From: Vicinamibacterales bacterium
Lineage (GTDB): Bacteria; Acidobacteriota; Vicinamibacteria; Vicinamibacterales; CAVVIG01
Assembly (NCBI GenBank): GCA_035315685.1
Contig: DATFXR010000233.1
Location: forward strand, 4,203 to 68,202
Direction of reading: 5' to 3'
DNA: 64,000 nucleotides
In this document: piece by piece, positions 17,531-25,031 of the stretch
Position numbering within the stretch: the first letter of the stretch is position 1
How the letters are laid out: each line of letters opens with the position of its first letter
Notes under the pieces: generated by a model
What the model was told of the DNA's origin: nothing
The model's database searches: none
Seen by the model: only the letters and a program-made list of their open reading frames with translations
Made by a program: the position numbers and the translations under genes

Positions 17531-18334
17531 TCACTCGAGCAGAAAACGTAGCGCACTTTCGAGACGGCGCGCCCATGACGCTTCGTTGTGGCGGCCGCCC
17601 GGGTCCTCGACGTAGCGGACCCGTGGCTTGCCTTCGTGCCGCCCGCGTCGATCGACGCCGTCGTATGCCGCCCGGGTCCGGCGCGCGCGGCGGTCGCGGG
17701 CGAATCCCTTTCGCGCGAGCAGCCGTCCCAGCCGCCGCGCGTCGCGCAGCGTGCCGGTCCCTTCATGCAGACCGACGTCCACGTAGAGGCGCCCGTGCGG
17801 CGTGCGCGCATCCCGCACGAAATCGAGAATCGCGCCCTGACCGAACCAGATCGACGGGCTCATCGCGCCGGCGCGGCCGAAGATCGACGGAAACCGGAAA
17901 TACGCGTACAGGCTGACCAGGCCGCCCATCGACGAGCCCAGCATCGCCGTCTCGTCGCGATCGACGCGTGTACGAAACAGCCGATCGATGCGCGGCTTGA
18001 TGGTCGCGGTCAGAAACTCGAGATAGGCGTCGGCGCAGCCGCCGCCGTGCCGTCGGTCGGGAAAGGGACTGTACTCGGCCAGCCGCGCGTCGCCCATGTT
18101 GTGGATGCCGACGACGATCGCCTCGAGTCCGGATCCGGCAAGGCGTTCGAGGGTGACGTCGAGATCCCATGTGCCGGCGAACGCGGTGGCGGGGTCCGAC
18201 AGGTTCTGGCCGTCCTGCATGTAGACGACCGGATAGCGGCGGCCGCTCGGATAAGACGAAGGCAGATAGACGTCGATGGTGCGGCGATTCTTCAGTTGCG
18301 GCGACCAGACGCGCTCGAGCGTGCGCTTCGTCAT
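17531..18334 (-). CDS. Esterase-family alpha/beta hydrolase (PF00756-like 'putative esterase')
   Basis: 267 aa. IDVYLPSSYPSGRRYPVVYMQDGQN...MLGSSMGGLVSL (GxSxG). ATGA overlap with the upstream ATP-grasp gene. Confidence 0.75.
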   Translation of the reverse strand: MTKRTLERVWSPQLKNRRTIDVYLPSSYPSGRRYPVVYMQDGQNLSDPATAFAGTWDLDVTLERLAGSGLEAIVVGIHNMGDARLAEYSPFPDRRHGGGCADAYLEFLTATIKPRIDRLFRTRVDRDETAMLGSSMGGLVSLYAYFRFPSIFGRAGAMSPSIWFGQGAILDFVRDARTPHGRLYVDVGLHEGTGTLRDARRLGRLLARKGFARDRRARRTRAAYDGVDRRGRHEGKPRVRYVEDPGGRHNEASWARRLESALRFLLE

Positions 18335-19560
18335 TCGAGCGGACGCTCGGGTGGCGGCGCCGTCGCGAAGAAGTCGCGGTAGAAGCGCGTGGCGTAGTCG
18401 GCGACGAGCGCCTCGACCCGCTGCGCGTCGGGTGACGCCACGATCACGCCCGCGTGATGCTCTTTGCGAATCGTCTTCGCGATCTCACGATCGGTGTACG
18501 CCGACATGTCCGGCGTCTCCTGCCGGGCGAGCGTCAGGACGATGGCTGAGAAATCGGCGCGCCGTGGCGGCACGACGTAGTCGTCTCCACCGACTTCGAT
18601 CTTCGCCCATTCATGCCACAGGTTGATACCGGTCGCCGCCTCGATCGTGTCCACGATGAACGCCCCGCCAACGCGCGCGGACGTTTCGAGAAACACGAAT
18701 CCTCGGTCCGGCTGAAGCCGGACTTCTGCCCCTCCTGCCCCTCCCGCCTCTCCTGCCCCTCCCGCCCGAATGAACTCCGAGTGCGAGACGCCGCGCTGCA
18801 GGCCGAGCATCGCCTGCAGCCGGCGATTCAGCGCCAGCAGGGCCGCCCCTTCCTCCGAGTCGTCTGCCAGCCGCCGGGTGATGAACAGCCCGCCTTCGTG
18901 CGCGATCTCCATCGGCGGCCGGCCGTACTTGAAGGCGGTGGCGAACACGACCGCTCCGTTCCAGACAATCGAGTCCACGTGGTAGACGTCGCCGGCGACG
19001 AACTGCTCGAGGACGGTGTTCGATCGACCGTCGCCGGCGGCGTGGAGCGCCGGCCACAGCTCTTCGTGCGACCGGACTTTTCTGATGCCGATCGCCGCAG
19101 CCGACGAGCGCGGCTTCAGCACCCACGGCGGCGGCACCCGCGCCGCCCACGCGTTGACCGACTCGTCGTTGAACGTCGCGGTGAATTCGGGCACCGGAAT
19201 GCCCGCTCCGCGTGCGGCGATCCGCATCGCCAGCTTGTCGCGAAAGCGGCTCGCTGTAGTCCGGCCCATGCCGCTGACCTGCAGGTGGTCGCGGATCATC
19301 GCGGCCAGCTCGACGTCGAAGTCGTCGAGCGCGGCAACGCGATCGATCGCGTGGCGACGCGCGATCTCGTCGACGCGCCGCTTCACGCCCGCCTCGTTTG
19401 CGTCACGCGCGATGGTATGAAGCTCCGCGATCGAGTCGCGCGGCCATGCGGCGTTCGCGAGCGAATCGGCGGTGAGCAGCAGCACCGTCGCACCCAGACG
19501 GTTCGCCTCGCGCAGGAATGGGTCACCCTTGAAGTAGGTCGCGATACAGAGGATCGTCAT
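18331..19560 (-). CDS. ATP-grasp domain ligase
   Basis: 409 aa. DKLAMRIAARGAGIPVPEF...PWVLKPRSSAAAIGIRKV...LEQFVAGDVYHVDSIV...SHSEF...FLETSARVGGAFI. Confidence 0.75.
   Translation of the reverse strand: MTILCIATYFKGDPFLREANRLGATVLLLTADSLANAAWPRDSIAELHTIARDANEAGVKRRVDEIARRHAIDRVAALDDFDVELAAMIRDHLQVSGMGRTTASRFRDKLAMRIAARGAGIPVPEFTATFNDESVNAWAARVPPPWVLKPRSSAAAIGIRKVRSHEELWPALHAAGDGRSNTVLEQFVAGDVYHVDSIVWNGAVVFATAFKYGRPPMEIAHEGGLFITRRLADDSEEGAALLALNRRLQAMLGLQRGVSHSEFIRAGGAGEAGGAGGAEVRLQPDRGFVFLETSARVGGAFIVDTIEAATGINLWHEWAKIEVGGDDYVVPPRRADFSAIVLTLARQETPDMSAYTDREIAKTIRKEHHAGVIVASPDAQRVEALVADYATRFYRDFFATAPPPERPLE
18726..18767. repeat. C-rich nonamer repeat inside the ATP-grasp CDS (encodes AGGAGEAGGAGGA)
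   Basis: CTGCCCCTC CTGCCCCTCCCGCCTCTC CTGCCCCTCCCGCCC. It is in frame and located between the SHSEF and FLETSARVGG motifs. Confidence 0.85.
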
Positions 19561-19604
19561 ATACTGACGCTCGGCTGAGGCCTTCGCGCTACCTTACGCC
19601 CGCC

Positions 19605-20333
19605 ATGCACCGCGAATTTCACCGCTGGTACTCCGACCGCCTCGGTCGCGACATGGGCATCGTCGTCCACGGCCACTGGGGACCGCCGATGATCCTGTTC
19701 CCGACCACCGGCGGCGACGAGTGGGAGTACGAGCGCCAGTCGATGATCGGCGCACTCGCGGAGTTCATCGACGCGGGGCGGATCAAGACGTTCTCGGTCA
19801 CCGTCAATCACGGTGATTCGTTCGGCAACCGCCGCGCGCATCCGCTGCACCGCAGCTGGATGCAGCGGCAGTATGATGCCTACGTCCGCTACGAAGTCGT
19901 TCCGTTCGTCCGCAATCACTGCCGCTCCGGTGACATCGGCATCTGGACGATGGGGGCGTCGCTCGGCGGGTATCACGCCGCGAATACGCTGTTCAAATAC
20001 CCCGACGTCGTCAAGCGCTGCTTCGCGCTGTCGGGCGTGTACGACATGAAACAGTTCATGGACGGCGCCTACGACGACAACTTCTACTTCAACAACCCGG
20101 TCGATTACATGGCGAGCGCGTCGGATCCATGGCAGCTCGGCCATCTGACGTCGTGCGATATTCATCTCGTCACCGGCAGCGGCCCGTGGGAGAAGAGCGA
20201 CGAGGCATACCGGATGTCGCACATCCTCGCAAGCCGCGGCATCCACCATCATCTGGACGACTGGGGCCCGCTCGGCGGCCACGACTGGCCTTACTGGAAG
20301 CATCAGCTCCGCGAATATCTTTCGCGGAGCTGA
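19605..20333 (+). CDS. Esterase-family alpha/beta hydrolase (second copy, divergent from the ATP-grasp gene)
   Basis: 242 aa. GIVVHGHWGPPMILFPTTGG...TMGASLGGYHAAN (GxSxG)...HDWPYW. Confidence 0.7.
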   Translation: MHREFHRWYSDRLGRDMGIVVHGHWGPPMILFPTTGGDEWEYERQSMIGALAEFIDAGRIKTFSVTVNHGDSFGNRRAHPLHRSWMQRQYDAYVRYEVVPFVRNHCRSGDIGIWTMGASLGGYHAANTLFKYPDVVKRCFALSGVYDMKQFMDGAYDDNFYFNNPVDYMASASDPWQLGHLTSCDIHLVTGSGPWEKSDEAYRMSHILASRGIHHHLDDWGPLGGHDWPYWKHQLREYLSRS

Positions 20334-20339
20334 TGCGCG

Positions 20340-21380
20340 TCAGAGATCGAAGCGGCTCAGATTGTAGCGGCCGCTTTCGATTACCTGTTCGTCATCGATC
20401 CACACGTTGCATTCGCGGGTGAGCACGTCGATGTGCGTGCGCGACTTCCACGGCGCGCCGGTCTGGCTGCCATACGGATCGCCGAACGCGAGATGGACGC
20501 CCGGCACCTTCTCGTCCTGCAGCAGGACGCCGATCATGTCGTCGAGCGCGATGTTGGTGCCGAACGCGAGCTCGCCGACGCGGTCGCTGTGCTCGTCGGT
20601 GTGGCAGTACGCCCAGAACTCCTGCTCCAGATCTTGGCGCACGCAGTGCGCCGCCCGCAGACGACCGCCGCGGATCTCGAGCGTGAGCGGCGTCGCGCGC
20701 AGGTCGCCGTACTTCGGACCGAAGTAGTCGCCGGCAGTGCCGTCGCAGACGAACACACCGTCCACGCTCTTCGGCGTCGTGAACACCTCGCCAGCCGGAA
20801 GATTCGACCAGTAGCGGCGGTTGATCAGGCCGCTGGTCTTCACCCACGTGTAGCTCCGATCGAAGGCGGCGGTGAGCGCGGTGCCGCCGGGCGTTTCGAC
20901 GCGCAGCCGCCGGGCGCGCGTCATGCGCTCGCACAACCGCTGGCTGAGCCGATCGACGAGGCGGTAGTCGGCGCGCATCCCCTGCTGCATGATCTGCGGC
21001 GTCACTCCGACCATGTGCGCGTAGCGGATCCCGCGGCGCTCGACCACCGACACAATCGACATTCGAGCGCCGAGCTCGCCCTGTTGCGGCTGCACGCACA
21101 GGATCCCGGCGTCGGCCTGCTCGAGCGCGTCGAGGACCTCCGGCGGCGCGGCCGTCATCGGCCGATTGGCGACCCTCTCGATGAGGACGCCCTGCCACGG
21201 CGCGCCGACTTCGTCGAGCGCCGCGGCGATGCTCGCGGCGACGTCGCCGCTCGCTTCGTCGGCGATCAATGCGACCCGCTCGTCGGGCTGAATCGCCAGG
21301 CAGACCGAGATCGCGTTCCGCGCGCCCGCTTCGAGGGCGGGCGTGACCGTTCCGAACATCGCTGGGCTCATGCGATCCAT
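20340..21380 (-). CDS. Aminopeptidase, M29 (aminopeptidase T/PepS)-like
   Basis: Start at ATG 21380 (or 21371). GGTALTAAFDRSYTWVKTSG...LPAGEVFTTP...GELAFGTN...EKVPGVHLAFGDPY...HIDVL. Confidence 0.7.
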   Translation of the reverse strand: MDRMSPAMFGTVTPALEAGARNAISVCLAIQPDERVALIADEASGDVAASIAAALDEVGAPWQGVLIERVANRPMTAAPPEVLDALEQADAGILCVQPQQGELGARMSIVSVVERRGIRYAHMVGVTPQIMQQGMRADYRLVDRLSQRLCERMTRARRLRVETPGGTALTAAFDRSYTWVKTSGLINRRYWSNLPAGEVFTTPKSVDGVFVCDGTAGDYFGPKYGDLRATPLTLEIRGGRLRAAHCVRQDLEQEFWAYCHTDEHSDRVGELAFGTNIALDDMIGVLLQDEKVPGVHLAFGDPYGSQTGAPWKSRTHIDVLTRECNVWIDDEQVIESGRYNLSRFDL

Positions 21381-21390
21381 TGTACGGAGG

Positions 21391-21459
21391 GTGTGGGACC
21401 GATCGGCCCATGGGGCGGGTCCTCCCCCTACCCAGCCTATGGGCCCATCGGTCCTACAC
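21391..21459. repeat. Imperfect 23-nt-arm hairpin
   Basis: GTGTGGGACCGATCGGCCCATGG (21391-21413) against CTATGGGCCCATCGGTCCTACAC (21437-21459), 20 of 23 complementary. The right arm overlaps the TAG stop of the upstream gene. Confidence 0.8.
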
Positions 21460-22806
21460 TCCTGAGGACCCCACCGCAAACGCCGCGACCTGGCCTCCGC
21501 CCGATGTGACGTTCGCAAGGCCGCTCGAACTCAGTCGCGTGAGAAAACCCGCGAGCTTGCCGCGAAACACGTACGGCGCGAAATCGACCAGCATGTCGCG
21601 CATCGCGACGCCGCCGCCGTCGCAGATCGGAAACAACTCGCGGCGGACGGCGATCTTCTCCTGCGCGACCCAGCCGCGCGACCGCTCGGCGATCGCGCGG
21701 GCGATTGCCGCATCCCACTCTGCTTCGGTCGTCTCCCAGCCGAGCGTCACGCCGGTGCCGCCGTACTCGTCATTCGGCTTGATCACGAACCGATCGCGGT
21801 GCTCGCGCAGATGGGGCACCAGATCGATCGACGCGCCATGGCGACTGATGCGGCGTTCTTCGACGAGCGCCGTCCACGGGACATGCCGGCGAATCATCGC
21901 GCGCTCGTCATCGGAGAAGAGCGGCGCGTAGCGCTCGTCGGTGAGCACCGCGAAGAACGCTTTCTTGTGTGGAATCTTGCAGCGCAGCGTGTTGGCAACG
22001 CAGACCGCGCGCGCCTCGTAAGCCTGCAGCAGCGCGCGGCACTCCGCCTCGCGCGCGAGGATGTCGTTGATCAGCACACGCCGGTAGACGAGATCGATCG
22101 CGATACCGTCGGCAATCAGACGGCCACGATCGAACACGAGGTCGCGCGGGTCGCAGATTGTCGTCGGCACGCCAGCCGCCGTGAAGGCGTCGCGCAACAG
22201 CTCGAACTCGCTGTAGGTCGGCACGTCGCGCCAGTCGACGATCGCCATCTGCGGTGTGGCGGCGGTGCCTCCCCATTCGCGATAGCTGGCAACGAGCGCC
22301 GGCAGGATCGCATCGACGGGTCGATACAGGCGAGCGTCGATCTGTTCACGGAACCCCGTCATCAGCGGCAGCTCCGCGAACAGCTCGGCGAGTCCCTGGC
22401 TGTAGGCCGGACCGGCTGGCGACTCGGCGTTGTACTCTGCAAACTGCAGTGACTCCGGCAGGATGAACGCATCGGCTCGGGCTGCCGTGCTCGTCGTGTT
22501 GTAGCCGGGATCGATCCGTGCGAGCCTGATCTCGTCGTCGCTCAGCGCGAGATCCGCGAGCAGCCCCGGCCGCTCCAACGCCGCACTGGCCACCCGTTCG
22601 CCCAGCGTCCACAACATCTCGACCACCGTCCTCACGCGCGCCTCGTCGGCGGCGGTCAGAAAGAAAGGACGGAGGAATGGACAGAGGACGCGGTCGCCAA
22701 AGCGCAGCCGCCGCTCGCGCTGGGCCGTAGTGATGCGGGTACAGAGAGCTCCCGCGTCTTCACGGCTCAACAGATCGTTCCACGTCGTGGCGGCGTCGAG
22801 CATCAT
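21454..22806 (-). CDS. Circularly permuted type-2 ATP-grasp protein
   Basis: 450 aa. ADAFILPESLQFAEYNAESPAGPAY...VIKPNDEYGGTGVTLGW...WVAQEKI match my memory of the CP_ATPgrasp_2 family. Confidence 0.7.
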   Translation of the reverse strand: MMLDAATTWNDLLSREDAGALCTRITTAQRERRLRFGDRVLCPFLRPFFLTAADEARVRTVVEMLWTLGERVASAALERPGLLADLALSDDEIRLARIDPGYNTTSTAARADAFILPESLQFAEYNAESPAGPAYSQGLAELFAELPLMTGFREQIDARLYRPVDAILPALVASYREWGGTAATPQMAIVDWRDVPTYSEFELLRDAFTAAGVPTTICDPRDLVFDRGRLIADGIAIDLVYRRVLINDILAREAECRALLQAYEARAVCVANTLRCKIPHKKAFFAVLTDERYAPLFSDDERAMIRRHVPWTALVEERRISRHGASIDLVPHLREHRDRFVIKPNDEYGGTGVTLGWETTEAEWDAAIARAIAERSRGWVAQEKIAVRRELFPICDGGGVAMRDMLVDFAPYVFRGKLAGFLTRLSSSGLANVTSGGGQVAAFAVGSSGV

Positions 22807-22807
22807 G

Positions 22808-22946
22808 CAATTTAAGAATTAGGAAGTAAGAAGTAAGAATTCGTGAACTCAGTTCGGCACATTCGCGAGATCAACGATGTCGCTGGCTGCCCTTGTCTTC
22901 GAACGGATGTACGAATTCTAAATTCTTAATTCCAAATTCTTAATTC
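22808..22946. repeat. AT-rich CAATT-AAGAATT palindromic element, copy 2 (complete)
   Basis: Left arm CAATTTAAGAATTAGGAAGTAAGAAGTAAGAATTCGTG (22808-22845) and right arm TACGAATTCTAAATTCTTAATTCCAAATTCTTAATTC (22910-22946). It fills the whole 138-nt gap between two ATP-grasp genes. Confidence 0.9.
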
Positions 22947-23898
22947 ACACCGGCGTCCCCGTGCCCATGCCGGTCATGGCAGCCCACTGCGGCCACGATT
23001 GCTGGGGCGCGCCGTGCAGGGTGCGATCGATGGCGAGCTCCGCCATCTTCTGGACGGCGAGCTCGAAATAGTGCGGCGTGATCCGGTCGCGCTCGAAGTC
23101 GGGCGCCGGATTCAGAAAGTCGATCGCATACGGCACGCCGTCCTCGACCGCGAACTCGATCGTGTTCATCTCGTAGCCGAGCGCGGTGTTCAGCGTGCGG
23201 GCATCGCGGACGATCCGCTCGCCGAGCTCCGCCGAGAGATACGCGTGGTTCACGTTGTAGCGCCGCTGGTGCGGATCGTAGGCGACCGGAATGATGTCGG
23301 TCTTGCCGAACGTGAAGCAGCGCACGTACTGATCGAAGTGGATGAACTGCTGGAGCGTCATGCAGTATGGCGCGGTGCCGTCGTAGGCGCGAATCAGCTC
23401 GTCCCGATCGTTGACCTTGTACACGTGTTTCCACCCGCCGCCCGAGTACGGCTTCAGGATCGCGGGGCGGCCGACGTAGTCGAGCAGCCCGTCCCAGTCG
23501 ATCGGATAGCCGAGGTTGTGCAGCGACTCGGCCGTGAGATCGATGTCGGGCGGATAGGCCTTCTGCGGCAGCACGACCGTCTTCGGGACCGCGACGCCGA
23601 GCTTCTGCGCCACCGAGTAGTTGAAGAACTTGTCGTCGGCGGTCCACCAGAACGGGTTGTTGATCACATAGCTGCCTTCGAGCACCGCGTGCTTCAGATA
23701 GGCACGGAAGTATTCGATCTCGTGCGAGATCCGGTCGACGATCACGTGATAGCCGGACGGCTCGCCCATCTTCGTGCCGGCGAGCGTCACGAACTCCGCG
23801 GTGATCCCGTGCTCGCGGCCGAGCGTGTTCACGCGATCGAGGAACGCCGGCGGAAACGCGTACTCGCGGCCGCACAACAATCCGACCTTTGCGCTCAT
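22945..23898 (-). CDS. ATP-grasp ligase (RimK/glutathione-synthetase-like)
   Basis: 317 aa. DKFFNYSVAQKLGVAVPKTV...GRPAILKPYSGGGWKHVYKV...MTLQQFI...NTIEFAVEDGVPYAIDFLNP. Confidence 0.7.
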   Translation of the reverse strand: MSAKVGLLCGREYAFPPAFLDRVNTLGREHGITAEFVTLAGTKMGEPSGYHVIVDRISHEIEYFRAYLKHAVLEGSYVINNPFWWTADDKFFNYSVAQKLGVAVPKTVVLPQKAYPPDIDLTAESLHNLGYPIDWDGLLDYVGRPAILKPYSGGGWKHVYKVNDRDELIRAYDGTAPYCMTLQQFIHFDQYVRCFTFGKTDIIPVAYDPHQRRYNVNHAYLSAELGERIVRDARTLNTALGYEMNTIEFAVEDGVPYAIDFLNPAPDFERDRITPHYFELAVQKMAELAIDRTLHGAPQQSWPQWAAMTGMGTGTPV

Positions 23899-25022
23899 AC
23901 TCTGTACGCCCTCGCCGACTGCTCCACGCTCTCACGAGTCTCTTCGACCAGCGATTGCACGACCGCCCGGAGGTCGCCGGTGTGGCGATACACCTCCACC
24001 TGGCGCTCGGCGCTGGTGCCGTCCGACAGAATCTTCTTCACGTACTCGATTTCGCGCCGGCTCCCGAGCTGATCGACGGCATCGTCGACGAACTCGAGCA
24101 GCTCGAGCGCCAGATCGCGCATCGGCACCTCACGGCGCTTGCCGAAGTCGATCAGCTTGCCGTCGATGCCCCACCGCGCGGCACGCCATTTGTTCTCTTC
24201 GATCAACGCGCGATGATACCGGCGGAAGCCCAGGTTCCTTTCACGCAGCTTGTAGAGCTTGACGATGATTGCCTGCGCGAGCGCGGCAATCGCGATCGAT
24301 GCCCGCGGCGCCGTCGGCACGTCGCAGATGCGGAACTCCAGCGTGCCGAACAGCGGATGCGGGCGCAGATCCCACCAGATCTTCTTGGCGTTGTCGATGC
24401 AGTGCAGCTCGACGAGCATCTCGACGTAGCCCTCGTACTCGCTCCACGACCGGAAATTGTCGGGGATGCCGGTGCGCGGGAAACGGCGGAACACCGTTGT
24501 CCGGAACGACTTCAGCCCGGTGTCGCGCCCCAGCCAGAACGGCGAGCTCGTCGACAACGCCAGCAGGTGCGGCAGGAAGTAGCGCGCCTCGTTCATCAGA
24601 TCGATCATCGTCTGTCGATCGGGCACCGCGACGTGCACGTGCAGGCCGAAGATCAGCAGCGATCGCGCGAGCTGCTGCAGCTCCTCGACGATGTGCTCGT
24701 AGCGCTCGCCCGGCGAGATTACCTGATCCACCCAGTTCGAGAACGGATGCGTGCCGGCGGCGGCGATGCGCAGCCCGGTGCGTTCGGCCGCGTCCGCGAG
24801 ATCGCGGCGGTTGCGGATGATCTCTTCGGCCAGCTCGGCGACGTTGGCGCAGATCTTCGTGCCGACCTCGACGATCGACTGATGCATCTCGCGCTTGATC
24901 GCGTCGCCGAACGCCGGCGCGCTCGACGCGAGCAGCTCGGAGACGTGCGAGCGCAGCTCCCACGTATTCGGATCGACGATCTGGAATTCTTCCTCGACAC
25001 CGACGGTGAAGGCGTGGTCCAC
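23895..25022 (-). CDS. Carboxylate-amine ligase, GCS2/YbdK family
   Basis: 375 aa. The N-terminus FTVGVEEEFQIVDPNTWEL...MHQSIVEVGT...AAGTHPF...GLHVHVAVPD is the typical GCS2 pattern. ATGA overlap with the downstream ATP-grasp gene. Confidence 0.8.
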   Translation of the reverse strand: MDHAFTVGVEEEFQIVDPNTWELRSHVSELLASSAPAFGDAIKREMHQSIVEVGTKICANVAELAEEIIRNRRDLADAAERTGLRIAAAGTHPFSNWVDQVISPGERYEHIVEELQQLARSLLIFGLHVHVAVPDRQTMIDLMNEARYFLPHLLALSTSSPFWLGRDTGLKSFRTTVFRRFPRTGIPDNFRSWSEYEGYVEMLVELHCIDNAKKIWWDLRPHPLFGTLEFRICDVPTAPRASIAIAALAQAIIVKLYKLRERNLGFRRYHRALIEENKWRAARWGIDGKLIDFGKRREVPMRDLALELLEFVDDAVDQLGSRREIEYVKKILSDGTSAERQVEVYRHTGDLRAVVQSLVEETRESVEQSARAYRV

Positions 25023-25031
25023 GGCCGCCTA

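Noticed and set aside
18331-19560. This ATP-grasp ligase as a RiPP (graspetide) maturase.
   Set aside because: There is no plausible precursor gene in the flanking 45-120-nt gaps. The neighbours are esterases rather than the transporters or acetyltransferases usual in such clusters. It cannot be fully excluded without HMM typing.
22790-22812. Sigma-54-type promoter, because of TTGCA immediately upstream of the ATG at 22806 (minus strand).
   Set aside because: There is no GG-containing -24 element (TGGCAC) at the required spacing, and the TTGCA would overlap the start codon.
22807-22944. Small ORFs inside the AT-rich element as possible precursor peptides for ATP-grasp (graspetide/microviridin-like) modification. 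These are plus-strand MSLAALVFERMYEF starting at about 22877, and minus-strand MCRTEFTNSYFLLPNS.
   Set aside because: They are 14-16 aa, lack the Thr/Ser plus Asp/Glu-rich core motifs of graspetides, have no leader, and are by-products of the palindrome sequence. The equivalent element at 27011-27110 does not conserve them.
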